A DNA stretch of 63,949 bases, counting the filler, from Kipferlia bialata (lineage: Eukaryota): assembly GCA_003568945.1 (NCBI GenBank). It is 6 parts of 6 records of this genome, joined end to end, with 100 filler letters (N's around TTAATTAATTAA, not from the genome) between each part and the next. Parts side by side here need not be neighbours in the genome. Positions count along the whole stretch, not along the records: positions 21,467 to 32,095 come from BDIP01001394.1; positions 32,196 to 42,818 come from BDIP01001395.1; 4 more parts are not named here. One strand, given 5' to 3'. The position numbers and the translations under genes are program-made. Shown here piece by piece: positions 24,322 through 36,816 of this stretch (positions are counted from its first letter, which is position 1; each line of letters opens with the position of its first letter). The notes beneath the pieces were generated by a model. That model made no database searches, had not been told where the DNA came from, and was given only the letters and a program-made list of their open reading frames with translations.

Positions 24322-26528
24322 CTAACACCAGAGCAGTACCGGGACTAATATATAGAGTATCACTATATGCTTTATGTATATATATATATATATAAATAAT
24401 AATAAATATATATATAATAATTATATATATTAATATATATATATATATTTCTAACACCAGAGCAGTACCGGGACGACACCTCCCCCGAGTCTGTTGTTCC
24501 ACACATCCTCGTGATACTGGACGCACTGGCCAGTGACAGTCAGGGTATACATGCATATGCATATTTGTATTGTTTATGTATATGTAATATATACCCTCGT
24601 GATACTAGAGGATCTGGCCAGTAACCAGTCAGGGTAAGATATAATGACTTCAAATTACTATATTCACTGGAACTATGTTTTCAAAATTATCCTCGTGCTT
24701 TAGGCACTGTCTTGTGACAGTGAGGGTAGGGGACTATGTATATACATATACATAATGCATGTATACATTAATATTTTCATTGGTATATATACAGCTCTTT
24801 GTGTTGTCCTACATATGCACACATTCATTTATATATATACATTTATATATATGTATATATCCTTGTGATACTTCAGGATGACACTTCTATATTCATTGGT
24901 ATTTCCACAGCTCTTTGTTCTCCTACATATATATACCTATATACATATATATATGTATATATCCTTGTGATACTTCAGGCTTGACAGTACAGCCTGGTAG
25001 GAGATCATGCATATTGTGTTAAAATATAGAATATAAATGATATGTATGTATATAGGAGGCATTGGGGCAATTATCAATATCGCAGGGACTCCATATCTCC
25101 ATTTCTCTCTCTATGTTCATTATTATATAATGATACTATTATATACCCCCCCCCCCTAGGCTACCACTGGCATAGGTGTACTTCATATATATAAGTATAT
25201 ATGTGTATATACCTATATTCATATACTATGTATGCTATGATATACTCACCTTAGGCTTCCCCCCACAGGTCACCACTGGTATTGGCGCTGTGTTCTACAA
25301 GCACTTCCAACACATACTGAGGTATATATGTAGATATATATACAAAGTAGTTATGTATATTGGGGTATATATATGTATGCTATGAGTGCTAGATGTTGCT
25401 GTGTTCTACAAGCACTGTGCATACATACTGAGGTATTACTAAGTATACACATATGTATATATATATATACATATATATACCTCTACATTCAAGAACATTT
25501 GTATACGTTAGTATGTATATACAGATATTTACATCCTTTACTTACATACTGGGGTCAGGGGAAGGATAATTGAAACTCTCACATGTTTTCTAGCAGTGTG
25601 TGTATTATATTGGGTCGCTTGTCATATCCACTAACAACAGCACCCACAAGTCCCGTATTGGTACCATTGAGGCCCTGTGCAACCTGATCAGACCCATCCA
25701 CATGCACCTGCAACAGAGTATGTGAATTTATATGTATATATAATAGTACAAAATAGTAATTACTAATTGAATATATATATATATATATATTTATGTATAT
25801 GCTACCTGATCAGACCCATCCACATGCACCTGGAACAGAGTATGTGAATATATATGTATATATATCGTATATATATATACATACGCATATGTAAATATAT
25901 GTATATACATATGTATATGTAAATATATGCATATATCAATACTTCATCTCTGATCAGACCCATCCGCCTCCACCTGGAACAGAGTATGTATATGCATAAG
26001 TATATATAATAGTACTAATTAAACTACCTATTATTCATTATACATAATATTATTCATGCCCCCCACCCCAGCCGATCCCAAGCTGAATGCCGGGGTGTGT
26101 ATGCTAGTGAGGAAGGCACTGATAGAGAGCATGGCCAAGGTACAGTATATGCATCGTATATATAGAGAGAGCTATATAGATATGTATATACAGAGAGCTA
26201 GTCAGGAAGGCACTCATAGAGAGCATGGCCAAGGTATATATATATATAGTATGTATATTATTATGTGTCTATAGATATATATATATAGATAGATAGAGGA
26301 AGGCACTGATAGAGAGCATGGCCAAGGTGCAGTCAATGCATCGTATATATATAGGAATATTTTGATGTATAGGCAGATAATATGATAGTTGCCTAAATGC
26401 TAAGCTCTGTCTAACAGTGAGTAAAGTACTGAATCAGTACTACTGACAGAGAACATTGTCAATGTATATGCAATACATACTATAGAATAATTGTGAATTA
26501 GGGGGGTGAGACACTGATAGGATACATG

Positions 26529-26559
<31 letters not shown>

Positions 26560-27706
26560 ATATATCGCTGAGAGTGGTCCTCACGAGACAGAACACAGTT
26601 GCACTATATATGTATATATATGTAGTGTAGTTAAGAGGGGCTTCAACATCAGAACATGGACCAGCCACGTCATTATTATATATCTATATATATATATATA
26701 TATAATAACGTATAGTATAAATGTAATGTATAATATATAACTAGTATATACATATTAATATATATAGTGTCCGTATGAAGGGTCTTTACCATCTGAACAT
26801 GTATATTGCACGTCAATACATTATTGTATAAGCAGATGATATGACATATCTATATAGTACATATGTATGTATATATATATAAGTTATGAGGGGTCTTCAA
26901 CATCAGATGCCTCCTGGGTATATATATATGAGTTGATATATGTATATATGCATAGAATATGTCTATATAGATATGTATATATTGGTTAAGAGGGCCTTCA
27001 ACATCAGAACATGGGCAGTCCCCGCCTCCTGGCCGTACTGCTCAGGGGCATGGTGCAGGCAGACTTCACAGGTGATAACACTGTATAATATATTATAAAT
27101 ATATATATATAGTGTGTATAGAGATACTTGTGGTACTGCTCCGGGGCATGGTGCAGGCAGACTTCACAGATAGAATGAGTATTGAATGTGTACTAATATA
27201 TATCATCATTGTATCAATATTGTAGGAATATATTTATTAGGTAGCGTATTGTAGTATATTATTATATAGTATATTATAGTCAGTAGTATATATAGTATAG
27301 TATAGGTACACAGGCAGACTTCACAGGCAGTAGAGTGCGATTAGTATGATGAACACACTCCCTCTCTGATATCAGCGTATCACGAGTAGTTGTATGCTAC
27401 CCTATTATAACACTAGTTCATACTCCCTCTCTGATATCAGCTGATAGATATGCTGCCTGCCACAAGCAGCGCCTCCACCTTGTCGTGCTCAAGATCCTCT
27501 CCAGGCACCCCTCTGTCACATCCATAGTGCACACATGCCTAGGGATACTGGGTAACCTCACGGATGGTGAGTGGGGTATATACACAATACCTGTATGTAT
27601 CAGTATCTTCCCTATTACTCTATTGTAGAATAGACAAATATTGCCTTTGTGCTACATATACAGAACCACAACACCTCACCCATTTCTGTGTTTATGGGTA
27701 ATTCTT

Positions 27707-27746
<40 letters not shown>

Positions 27747-28914
27747 TATACTCTTATGTCTAGGTGAAGACGCCAGGGTCACCCAGATGCTATGCAAGGC
27801 AGGGGCCGTCGAGAGGTATATACAAGTATACTGCTGTATATTCATATATACGTATATATATGAATATATATGTGTGTATAATAGGGTAAAATAGGGTACT
27901 ATGCTATGCAAGGCAGGGGCCATCGAGAGGTATGGACATGTCTATTTAGTCTGTAGTTATTTAGTCTTTAGTCATTTAGTCTATCGGGTATAGAACAGCG
28001 TCCCGATACCTATATACCTGTGTTCTCATCTCATGGAACCTTGGTCTCCTAGGAATATGAGGGAAAAGTGAATTTCCCTCAATTAGTACACAATACTCTC
28101 TGTTAATCTAACACCAAGGGCCTATGGTACCCTCCTGGCTCAGCAGGGCCATAGTGTATACTGTATACCATATACCCATAGTATTACATGATGGACAATG
28201 TATCTTACACTTTAGAGCCTATGCTGCCCTGCTAGACCACCAGGGCCATGAGGATGTACTGTATAACATATAACTATAATAATAATAACATAATATATAG
28301 TAATAATAACATCCAGGTGCCGTGCTGCCCTGCTAGACCACCATCATGTATATATAGGTGTATATATGAATTTCCCTCAACAGTACATATATCAATTAAT
28401 TTTACATCCAGGTGCCGTGCTGCCTTGCTAGACCACCATCATGGATATATAGGTGTATATATGAATTTCCCTCAACAGTACATATATCAATTAATCTAAC
28501 ATCAAGGGCCCGTGCTGCCCTCCTGGCTCAGAAGGGCCATGAGGGTGTGGCATTCAACGCATGGAGGGTGCTGAGGGGGATGGCGGTGACAGGTACCTTG
28601 ATTCATTTATAGCATACAGATAGATTCTGCATCTCAGACCTACACTACTATATACATCACCAATAGGTACACAGGAAGATGGCAGTAAAAGGTACTAGCC
28701 ATAGAGTAACTGATGGAATACATATGCAACAGACACTCCACACATATGTGAATGTAAGACTCTCTGAAACCTTTGTGTATTCATATATGACACTATGTCA
28801 AGATGGTTCTTGTTCCTGACCTGCAGAAGAGAACCGTCCTGTCCTGGTGTCAGCTGGTGTGCACAAGTGGGCTATCAAGGCATTGGAGACATACCCAACG
28901 GTATGTAGGCGATG

Positions 28915-28945
<31 letters not shown>

Positions 28946-29955
28946 ATATATATATATACAGTAAGTCATGCAATGTTGGAAGGTGAGCGTTATTATTCTA
29001 TTCATGCCATACGATATCCAGTCACATGCTTTCGTTATATCTGTCATATTCAGAGTGTTGGGTTTAGATCACCTATTGTTGGCGAAGTTAAGTACATGAG
29101 TAAAACAGTATATAGGAGTGGCAGTGAGTACTATTTAAGTCAGGGTCTCCTTTTATTATGTTGTGTTCTCACCTCAGACTGTGGGTGTTGTCTTCAGAGC
29201 CACCACCTGTCTGGAGATGCTGACACGGACAGGTACAGATATATGTATATAGGCACATATATATATAAATATACTTATACATATGTATATATATGTATGT
29301 ATTCATTGTACACATATATATACATACAAGATACAACCTGTGTGGAGATGCTGACACACACAGGTATGGATACATGTATACATATACACTCATATATGTA
29401 CATTCAAATGCTATAGTATTCTATTATACTATTTTCTACTAATGCTCACACGGACAGGTATATATGTATGTACAGCCACTGTTACAACTAAGAGAGATCC
29501 ACTCATGCCTAGTTATGGTGACACAGACATGAATATGTGTAGAGAGATCCACTAGTATCTATATGACTAGTTATGGTGACACAGACATGAATGTGTATTC
29601 TCGTCGGTGTTCTGTCCATCTCTTATGTTATCACATGCTCTAACCTGTTAGAGAGGCAGTGTGACGACTATCTGGCCACCAGCCGCTGTGTCTGCACCCT
29701 GATACCCATCGTCAGTGCCTACAAGAGAGTTGGCAAGGACGTTGTCCTACCTGCACTCTACGGGGTCCTGTTTGAGCTCAGCCGCAACAGTACGTCCATG
29801 AATCTAAATATACGGGAATATTTTCCATATATACCGATCCCTCTCACTGTTCAGATGCTCGCTACACCCTTATTGAGAAGGAAGTGAACAGGTACCTCAA
29901 GAATGACAACTGTGCTGCGGTACGCAACATACTGACGGTGATTGCAAACAAGTAA
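21876..29955 (+). CDS. Armadillo-like repeat protein with a Cys-rich N-terminus, multi-exon
   Basis: MSCGCGCGEGGECSPCVLC start; ARM-like segments IRRVLVKAGIVQLTVQLL, CLGILGNLTDGEDARVTQMLCKAGAVER, AWRVLRGMA, ENRPVLVSAGVHKWAIKAL, LYGVLFELSRN; ends ILTVIANK* (TAA 29953-29955). Confidence 0.7.
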
Positions 29956-30499
29956 GCGCGCCGCAAACGTCCCTGGAGATCAATAGCGAGTAATCGATAC
30001 ACCTCTGTGAAACATCTGAGGGTCAAGTCATGGAGAGTAATATGGTGTAAGGGGCCCCCACTGATGCGGTTTGTACAAGAGATAGAACGGTTCATTAGCA
30101 TTCACACTATAATTGCGGTTTTGGAAGTGTTAAGTCGGAACTTCCGACTCGGAAGTCTGTCTAACAAGAATGAGTCATTCTTGTTACAGAGTTCATTCAA
30201 TGACCTATTGTGACTGAAATATATAGTGGAGACAACTACAGTGTATGTTTACCTCACTTCATATATTAATTTGCAAATACTATGAGTATTTCTAGTAGTG
30301 TCAACTCTCCCTCCATCAGCTACCATTGGTCGACAATATAAGAGCATAACAGTCACTGATAGGCCATCATTAGAATATCTATTAAAAGACAATACGAGGC
30401 CTGGCACCTAGCCCAATTACTAGAATAGTTATCTTCTGTACATTCTTTCTATTCTCACAAGTTCCCAGTAGAGACAGGAGTATCCACCATCCCTACTCC

Positions 30500-31741
30500 T
30501 CACTTGCGTCTGTTCAAGTACTGCATTGTGGGCACAGAGGACTGGACAACAGGGGTGTCCTGGGATTCAGTAATTGAAGCAATGTAGTACAATGATAATA
30601 TATATATATGTATATATGTATATGTATACATATGTGCAGTGAGGACTGGACTGGACAACAGGGGTGTCCTGAGTCAATACGAACCTAGTGGAATATCTAC
30701 TCTCACAAGTGTATACATACATGCATGTACTTGTCTTTGTATATATATATATATATATATTTTTATTACATACCTCCGACTTTGATCCGAACCCAGCTGC
30801 CGACACGTGACGTGTCTGCTTGGTGCCCACCTTGAAGAACATCAAGTAGACTGAGTGTTAGAGGAGGGGTATAGGTATCATATGCATAGGAATGACTACT
30901 ACTGGTAACAGTTGAGGACCATGGTAAAGAGATTGATGTGGGAGTGCGGGAATACAGTGCACACTGAAAACGAACAGATCATATACTGAATGCACATACC
31001 TAGAATAGCAATGCATAATACAATGCCGGCCCCTATCACAATCATGACCACTATCTCCAGTGTCCTCAGAGGCTTCTCGGCATCCAGACCAGCCTTGAGG
31101 TCACCCTTCTGGCCTGGGGGTAGTGGATGACTAGATACGTATCAGGTATATGTAGAAATACTAGATGGGTATATAGATTGCTTGAACAGTACAAAAATAG
31201 TCAGCACAGTGGTAATAATTCCATCGAGACTTGTGAAGGATCACCCGTTAGGCCTGAAGTGTATATATACTGTATATATAGGTGTACTAATCGCACTCAC
31301 AAGACTAACCATACCTAGCTTGTACAGCACAGGTGCATCCCCCGTCCTTGGGTAGTCAGATGTGGTGTCAAGGAGGATGGGACAGGCCCCGACAGGGGTG
31401 AGGTGGTCCTATAGTAAGAGAGTGATATAAGAGTAAATGTAGAGAGAGAGAGAGAGAAATAGTGTCCGTAGGATGGGACATCAACAGCAGAGAGGTGGTC
31501 ACATGGCCTTAACGAGTAGAGTACTATACATGTATTAATATCATAATGATATTGAGACACATATATAGGTATATGTGTCTGTATTGATATATACATTTGA
31601 ATATATGAATGTATGTATGTATATATGTATTCATATCTATCTGACATACCTCTGTGACGTCAACACAGGTACAGTCCTGCCACATGAATATATCCCTATA
31701 TATACTTACAGATATAAATAGAGACACATGTATATACACAC

Positions 31742-31777
<36 letters not shown>

Positions 31778-32035
31778 ATACACACACACATACCTCTGTG
31801 ACGTCCACCCATGTACAGTCCTGCAGAGACTCCATCATGGACAGCAACTGGACGGCAGAGCCTGGGTGTTATTATTGAATATACAATGAAATATATGTAG
31901 AGAGTACATGATCTGGGTTATCAGTATCGCATGACTAACACATATATCTCACTGTGTCTTAGAAATAGTGGATGAAACTAGCCAGAGCACATACCTTCCA
32001 CCAGCTCTGTGAGTGTGTACCACATGAATGTGTCT

Positions 32036-32037
<2 letters not shown>
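30500..32037 (-). CDS. C-terminal part of a single-pass membrane protein (5' end beyond scaffold)
   Basis: Spliced exons give ...LRTLEIVVMIVIGAGIVLCIAILVYLMFFKVGTKQTRH...QYLNRRK*; one hydrophobic helix followed by basic residues. Confidence 0.65.
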
Positions 32038-32089
<52 letters not shown>

Positions 32090-32095
32090 CATATA

Positions 32096-32195
32096 NNNNN
32101 NNNNNNNNNNNNNNNNNNNNNNNNNNNNNNNNNNNNNNNTTAATTAATTAANNNNNNNNNNNNNNNNNNNNNNNNNNNNNNNNNNNNNNNNNNNN
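32096..32195. other. Artificial scaffold spacer
   Basis: N-TTAATTAATTAA-N, 100 nt. Confidence 0.97.
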
Positions 32196-32203
32196 AAAAA
32201 GAA

Positions 32204-32246
<43 letters not shown>

Positions 32247-32280
32247 GCAGAGAGAGATGCAGTGAGAGACACTGTGATAC

Positions 32281-33692
32281 CTGGCAAAGTCAGCGTATGG
32301 CCCTCTGAACATGCCACTCTTCATGGCAATCTCGCGGGATCTGGAGAGTAAGAAATAGAAGTAAGTGTACAAGTATTGCCTAATAGTATACTCAATGTTG
32401 GTGCCCATACAATATGAATACGTGATACACTACCTGGGGTTGATGCTGGGTATCCTCTCGTCCTCCTCGGGTGCCAGGTCAGCAGCAGACAGTACTGGGG
32501 AGTGGTCCCCATCCCTGCTGGCCGTGGGGCTGCCCTCTGCCCTGGACCTGCTGCGAGATAGGGACTTCTGGGAGTACACTGACCTGGGGTTGGGGTATAG
32601 AGTCCTGATAGCGTCACAGTAGATATATATATATACATACCTAGGTGTCTTTGCCTTGGACAGTCTCTCATGGGCTGGCACCTCTCCAATAGCACTGCCA
32701 CTCTGCCTGGGTATCAACATGGGAATATATACGACTGTGGATAGTACAAACAGTACACACCTGAGCCTCGATGACACCAGCTGTGTTGAGTTTGGGCACA
32801 CATCCGGTCTGAATGTCAGCACCCTCTCCGACTCCACCCTCGACATCTCTATGCGCTTGGTCCTGTCTGCCACCTCGTCCTTGAACCTGCGGTGAGTAAC
32901 ACTAGCTATATATACATGTATACAAACACATCAATACAGTGAGAGTGCACAAAGAGGGTACGAAGAGGGATACACAAACAACCATAATAGCTACCACCCA
33001 TACCTGTGGTGCACGGGAGGGCGCCCCCCAGCCAGCTGACTCGAGAGAGAGTTGACGCTGGGGCTGAATGAGCACGACCGGATTGAGCTGCGCTGTGCCT
33101 CCACCTTCTGTCTCTCCCTGTCCTTGTGCCTGGTGTCTGCCGCATGGTGCAGACGCATGGTGTGCGGCATCCCAGCGGCAGCAGAGGACGCAGACCCACT
33201 GTTCCGGGTCTTGGAAATGTCTGGGCTGAACGTGCACATCTCCAGGGCACTGTCCTCTATCTCCTGCCTCAGCCGCTCACGACGCACATACTCTGCGTTC
33301 CTAGGCTGGGAGAGGGCCTCTATCCTGCGCATCCCAGCAGGTCCCGCGACCCGGTGGCTCCCTCCAATCAGCTGCTGGGCGGGACGACCCGAGGGAGACT
33401 GGAAGGAGCGGTGACGGACTGTCTGACTAGGCTTGGATGGAGGAGACATTGTGTCAAGGTCCTCTTGGGGGGGAGCCAAGTCCTCCTGTACAAGTGGAAA
33501 TTCCTCTCGGGTCTCTTCCACGATGGGGGAGACAGCTATGGGCTCTGGATCAGACCTAATAGCCGCTAAAGGAGGAGAAACAGGTCTAGAATCGGCGGCT
33601 GGAACGCTCACACGCTCAGTAGACTCCAGAAATGCAGCACAACGGGAAATACTCTGCTCCAGGGACAACTCTACTGCCTCGAACTCGCTCAT
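32281..33692 (-). CDS. Hypothetical protein with repeated (C/L)(T/S)FxP motifs, 3' end truncated
   Basis: ~230-codon first exon (MSEFEAVELSLEQ...), then phase-compatible exons FKDEVADRTKR..., QSGSAIGE..., SVYSQKS..., SREIAMKSG...; motifs MCTFSPDI, SCSFSPSV, VLTFRPDV. Confidence 0.7.
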
Positions 33693-33864
33693 TACTAGCC
33701 CAGACCAGGGCGTTCAGGCTCTAGCTATGGGGTTGAAAGAGTCAGTCTTGCTACCCCCTTATCTCAAAATGTGTTTCATCAAATTCTGCCGACGGCAGTG
33801 CGTCGGATATTCAGAAAAAATGCCAACTTGTGGCTCCCTCAGCTGCTTCTAAGGATAAGAAGCG

Positions 33865-36585
33865 ATGGATAGATCCCTTTCGGCTTCCCGCACGTCTAGG
33901 CACTCGTCCTCCACACGGTACATGGCCAAGCAGACGGTCGTGTTCCAGGAGATCAGCCCTGAGGAGCTGAGCTCTGTGGAGATCGAGTCTCTGACTGACA
34001 TGCAGAACGTTGTTCTTGTCTCCAGGTGGTTTGCTGAGCGCTTTGGAGGTAGCGATGTTGAGTGGCTGAACAAGATCTGCTTTTCCGACCTTCCCGAGCC
34101 TGCTCTGGATGTTGAGAAGTTTGCTGTTCGCCCAGTCAAGGCTGAGAACACAGAGCTTGTCCGTTGCAACAACTGCAACATGCTTCTCTGCGAGCACACC
34201 ACCCTTAGCCCCTGTGGACACATGCTGTGCCTCAACTGTGCCTACAAGCTTGCTGACGGCAAGGACAACGATGATGGCATTTGCCCTGTGTGCAAGCTCA
34301 CCATCTCTGCCACTGAGGTCAACAAGAGAGTGACCAAGTCCGTGAACAAGATCCCCGTCTGGTGCCCCCTCGACCCCCAGTTCCAGGGACTCGAGGACCC
34401 ATTCTACAAGCCCAAGGCTGTGGAGACTGAGACCCCAGTGTCTGCTGAGGTTGAGGAGGTTGCTGAGGCAGTCGAGGAGGCTGCTGAGGTTGAGGAGGTA
34501 GTCGAGGAGGCTGCTGAGGAGGTTGCTGAGGAGGCTGCTGAGGAGGTGGTTGAGAAGGAGGAGTCCGAGGAGGGCATTGTTGAGGAGGTTGTGGAGAAGG
34601 CCGCCGAGGTGATTGCCGATGTCTTTGGCAAGAAGGAGGAGTCTGAGAAGGAGGAGGAGGCCGCTGAGGAGGCTGAGCCTGTGGAGGAGGTGGCTGAGGA
34701 GGTTGCCGAGGCTGTGGTTGAGGAGGTTGTTGAGGAGGAGGCTGCCGAGGAGGAGGCCGTTGAGGCCGAGCCCAGGTGGGAGGACTCCGTGGATGTGCCC
34801 GTCTGTGGCTGGAAGGGACGCCTCTCTGCCGCCAAGGAGCACCTTGAGACCACCTGCCCCTTCCACATCATCACCTGCCAGCACGGCTGCGAGGGATGCA
34901 CATACACCGGCCCCCGCTACCTTGTGGACCAGCACGAGAAGTACTACTGCCAGTACCGCCCCGTCGAGTGCTCCTACTGTGACGAGATGTACCAGGCCTG
35001 TGCCCTCGAGGCCCACAAGGCCGAGTGCTTCATGCGCACTGTCGTGTGCCCCCACCACGCCCGCGAGGGCGAGGAGAAGGTCGGCTGCGAGTGGACCGGT
35101 CCCGCCAAGGACCTTGAGGGTCACCTCACCACCTGCCTCTTTGTGCCTGCCCTGTGCAAGCACGCCGAGAACGGCTGCGAGGTGGAGCTCGCCTGCGGAG
35201 AGATTGGCGAGCACGAGGAGGCTTGCGAGTACCGCCCCGTGCCCTGTGTGTTTGAGGCCTGTGAGGACATCCTCCTTGCCAAGGTATGTCATGTGTATGT
35301 CATGTGTACATATGTATAACACTATCATGCCAATGTTGTCTCACCGTTTAGACAAAACGTCAATCACCCCCCCCCCCCTCCCCCTCTGTATGTAGGCTTG
35401 TGCCTCACCCCAGGACCTTGATGCCCACGCTGCCGAGTGCGAGTGCCGCCCCGTCAACTGCCAGTGGTGCGAGGAGACCGTCATGGCCAAGGACCTCGAG
35501 GCCCACGAGGCCAACTGCGACTCTCGCCAGGTATCCCATATGTATCGATATACAGACTCTTGTTGATTCCCCACCGCTGCTTTCCTAGTCCTCACCCCCA
35601 GGTGATGTGCCCCATCGAGGGCTGTGGCCAGATGGTCCCCTTCGCCGAGATGGAGGCTCACCTCGAGGACGCCGCCTTTGTCGGTGTTCACGTGACCTCC
35701 CTCCTCCACCACCGCGTTGAGGAGCAGGAGGAGAAGGAGGCCAGGGAGGCCGAGGCCGAGGAGAAGTCCGAGCGCCTCAACAACACCTTCAGCACCATTG
35801 CCAAGCGCTCCCAGCTGTCCGACGCCTTCTCCAGGATGTTCTTCATCACCCCCACCCTCCCCCTCCTCGAGGAGACCAGGGTCACCCTCATGTTCGACGT
35901 GCGTAACACCCTCGGCTCCTGCCTCGAGAACATCAAGTTCGACGAGATCGTGGCCAACTGCACCGTCACCCTCACCACCCCCGACGGCAAGACCTCCTCC
36001 CTCACCCCCGAGGCTGCCAACGGCCTCAAGGCCTACGTCACCGTCAAGCCCATGGTGCCCGGCTTCTACAAGATGGAGGCCAAGTGGATGACCGTCGAGA
36101 CCGAGTGCTCCACCACTGTTGTCGAGCGCTTCGACGACGAGCGCAAGGGAGAGCACATCCGCCTCCTCCACCCCTCCATGGTCATTGCCGAGGGCACCAA
36201 GAAGGCCGTCGAGAAGCCCGAGACCGTGCTTGGAGCCAGGCAGCTGGCTGACGGCGCCACCTTCCACGTCCGTGTGGTCTCCACCCACGGCAGCACCTAC
36301 ATTGGAGTTGCCAGGCCCGGTGTCGAGATGGAGGACGCCCACAAGGGTGCCCACGCCTGGCTCGTTGGCGCTGACGGTGTTGCCTACCACCAGGGCAAGG
36401 CTGGCAAGTGCGGCAAGTTCGCTGCCGGCACCGTGCTCTCCTTCACCCTGAGGAGCGCCGACGGCAAGCTCGAGGTCTCCCGTAACGGAGAGCCCCTTGG
36501 CGCTGTGTTCGCCAACGTCGAGGGCCAGGCCCTCGTGCCCTGTGTGTGTCTGGGAGATGCCGGAGACATTGTGGAGCTCCTGTAA
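33865..36585 (+). CDS. RING finger - multiple TRAF-type zinc fingers - filamin-like Ig - SPRY/B30.2-like protein (probable E3 ligase); exons 33865 (or 33922)-35283, 35414 (or 35396)-35530, 35602-36585
   Basis: C3HC4 RING CNNC..PCGHMLCLNC..CPVC; repeated HxxxCxxRPVxC fingers; TVTLTTPDG..VTVKPMVPGFYKM; YIGVA..GTVLSFTL..GKLEVSRNGEPLGAVF..LVPCVCL; strong GC3 bias. Confidence 0.85.
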
Positions 36586-36816
36586 GCTTAACCCCCTTGC
36601 CTTGTGTGTAGCATAGCTTGCAATGTGTGTCTGTGCGCTTCTGTACTGTTGTTGACCGGTTTTTGAGTAGATTCTTGTATTTTGAGCATGTCTGTTTGAG
36701 GTTGGTCAGTGAGTCGTATTGCATGCATATTCAATTCCAAACCTTGACACCCACGTCAATCACAATCATACACAGCGTCATCTATCAGTCACAAAACCAC
36801 TCCACCCCCACTCCAC

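Noticed and set aside
33811..36390. Long antisense ORFs (505 aa, 349 aa), and similar ones opposite CCT3 and RPS17
   Set aside because: Shadow frames caused by strong C/G-ending codon bias of the sense genes; L/G/V/H-rich with no motifs
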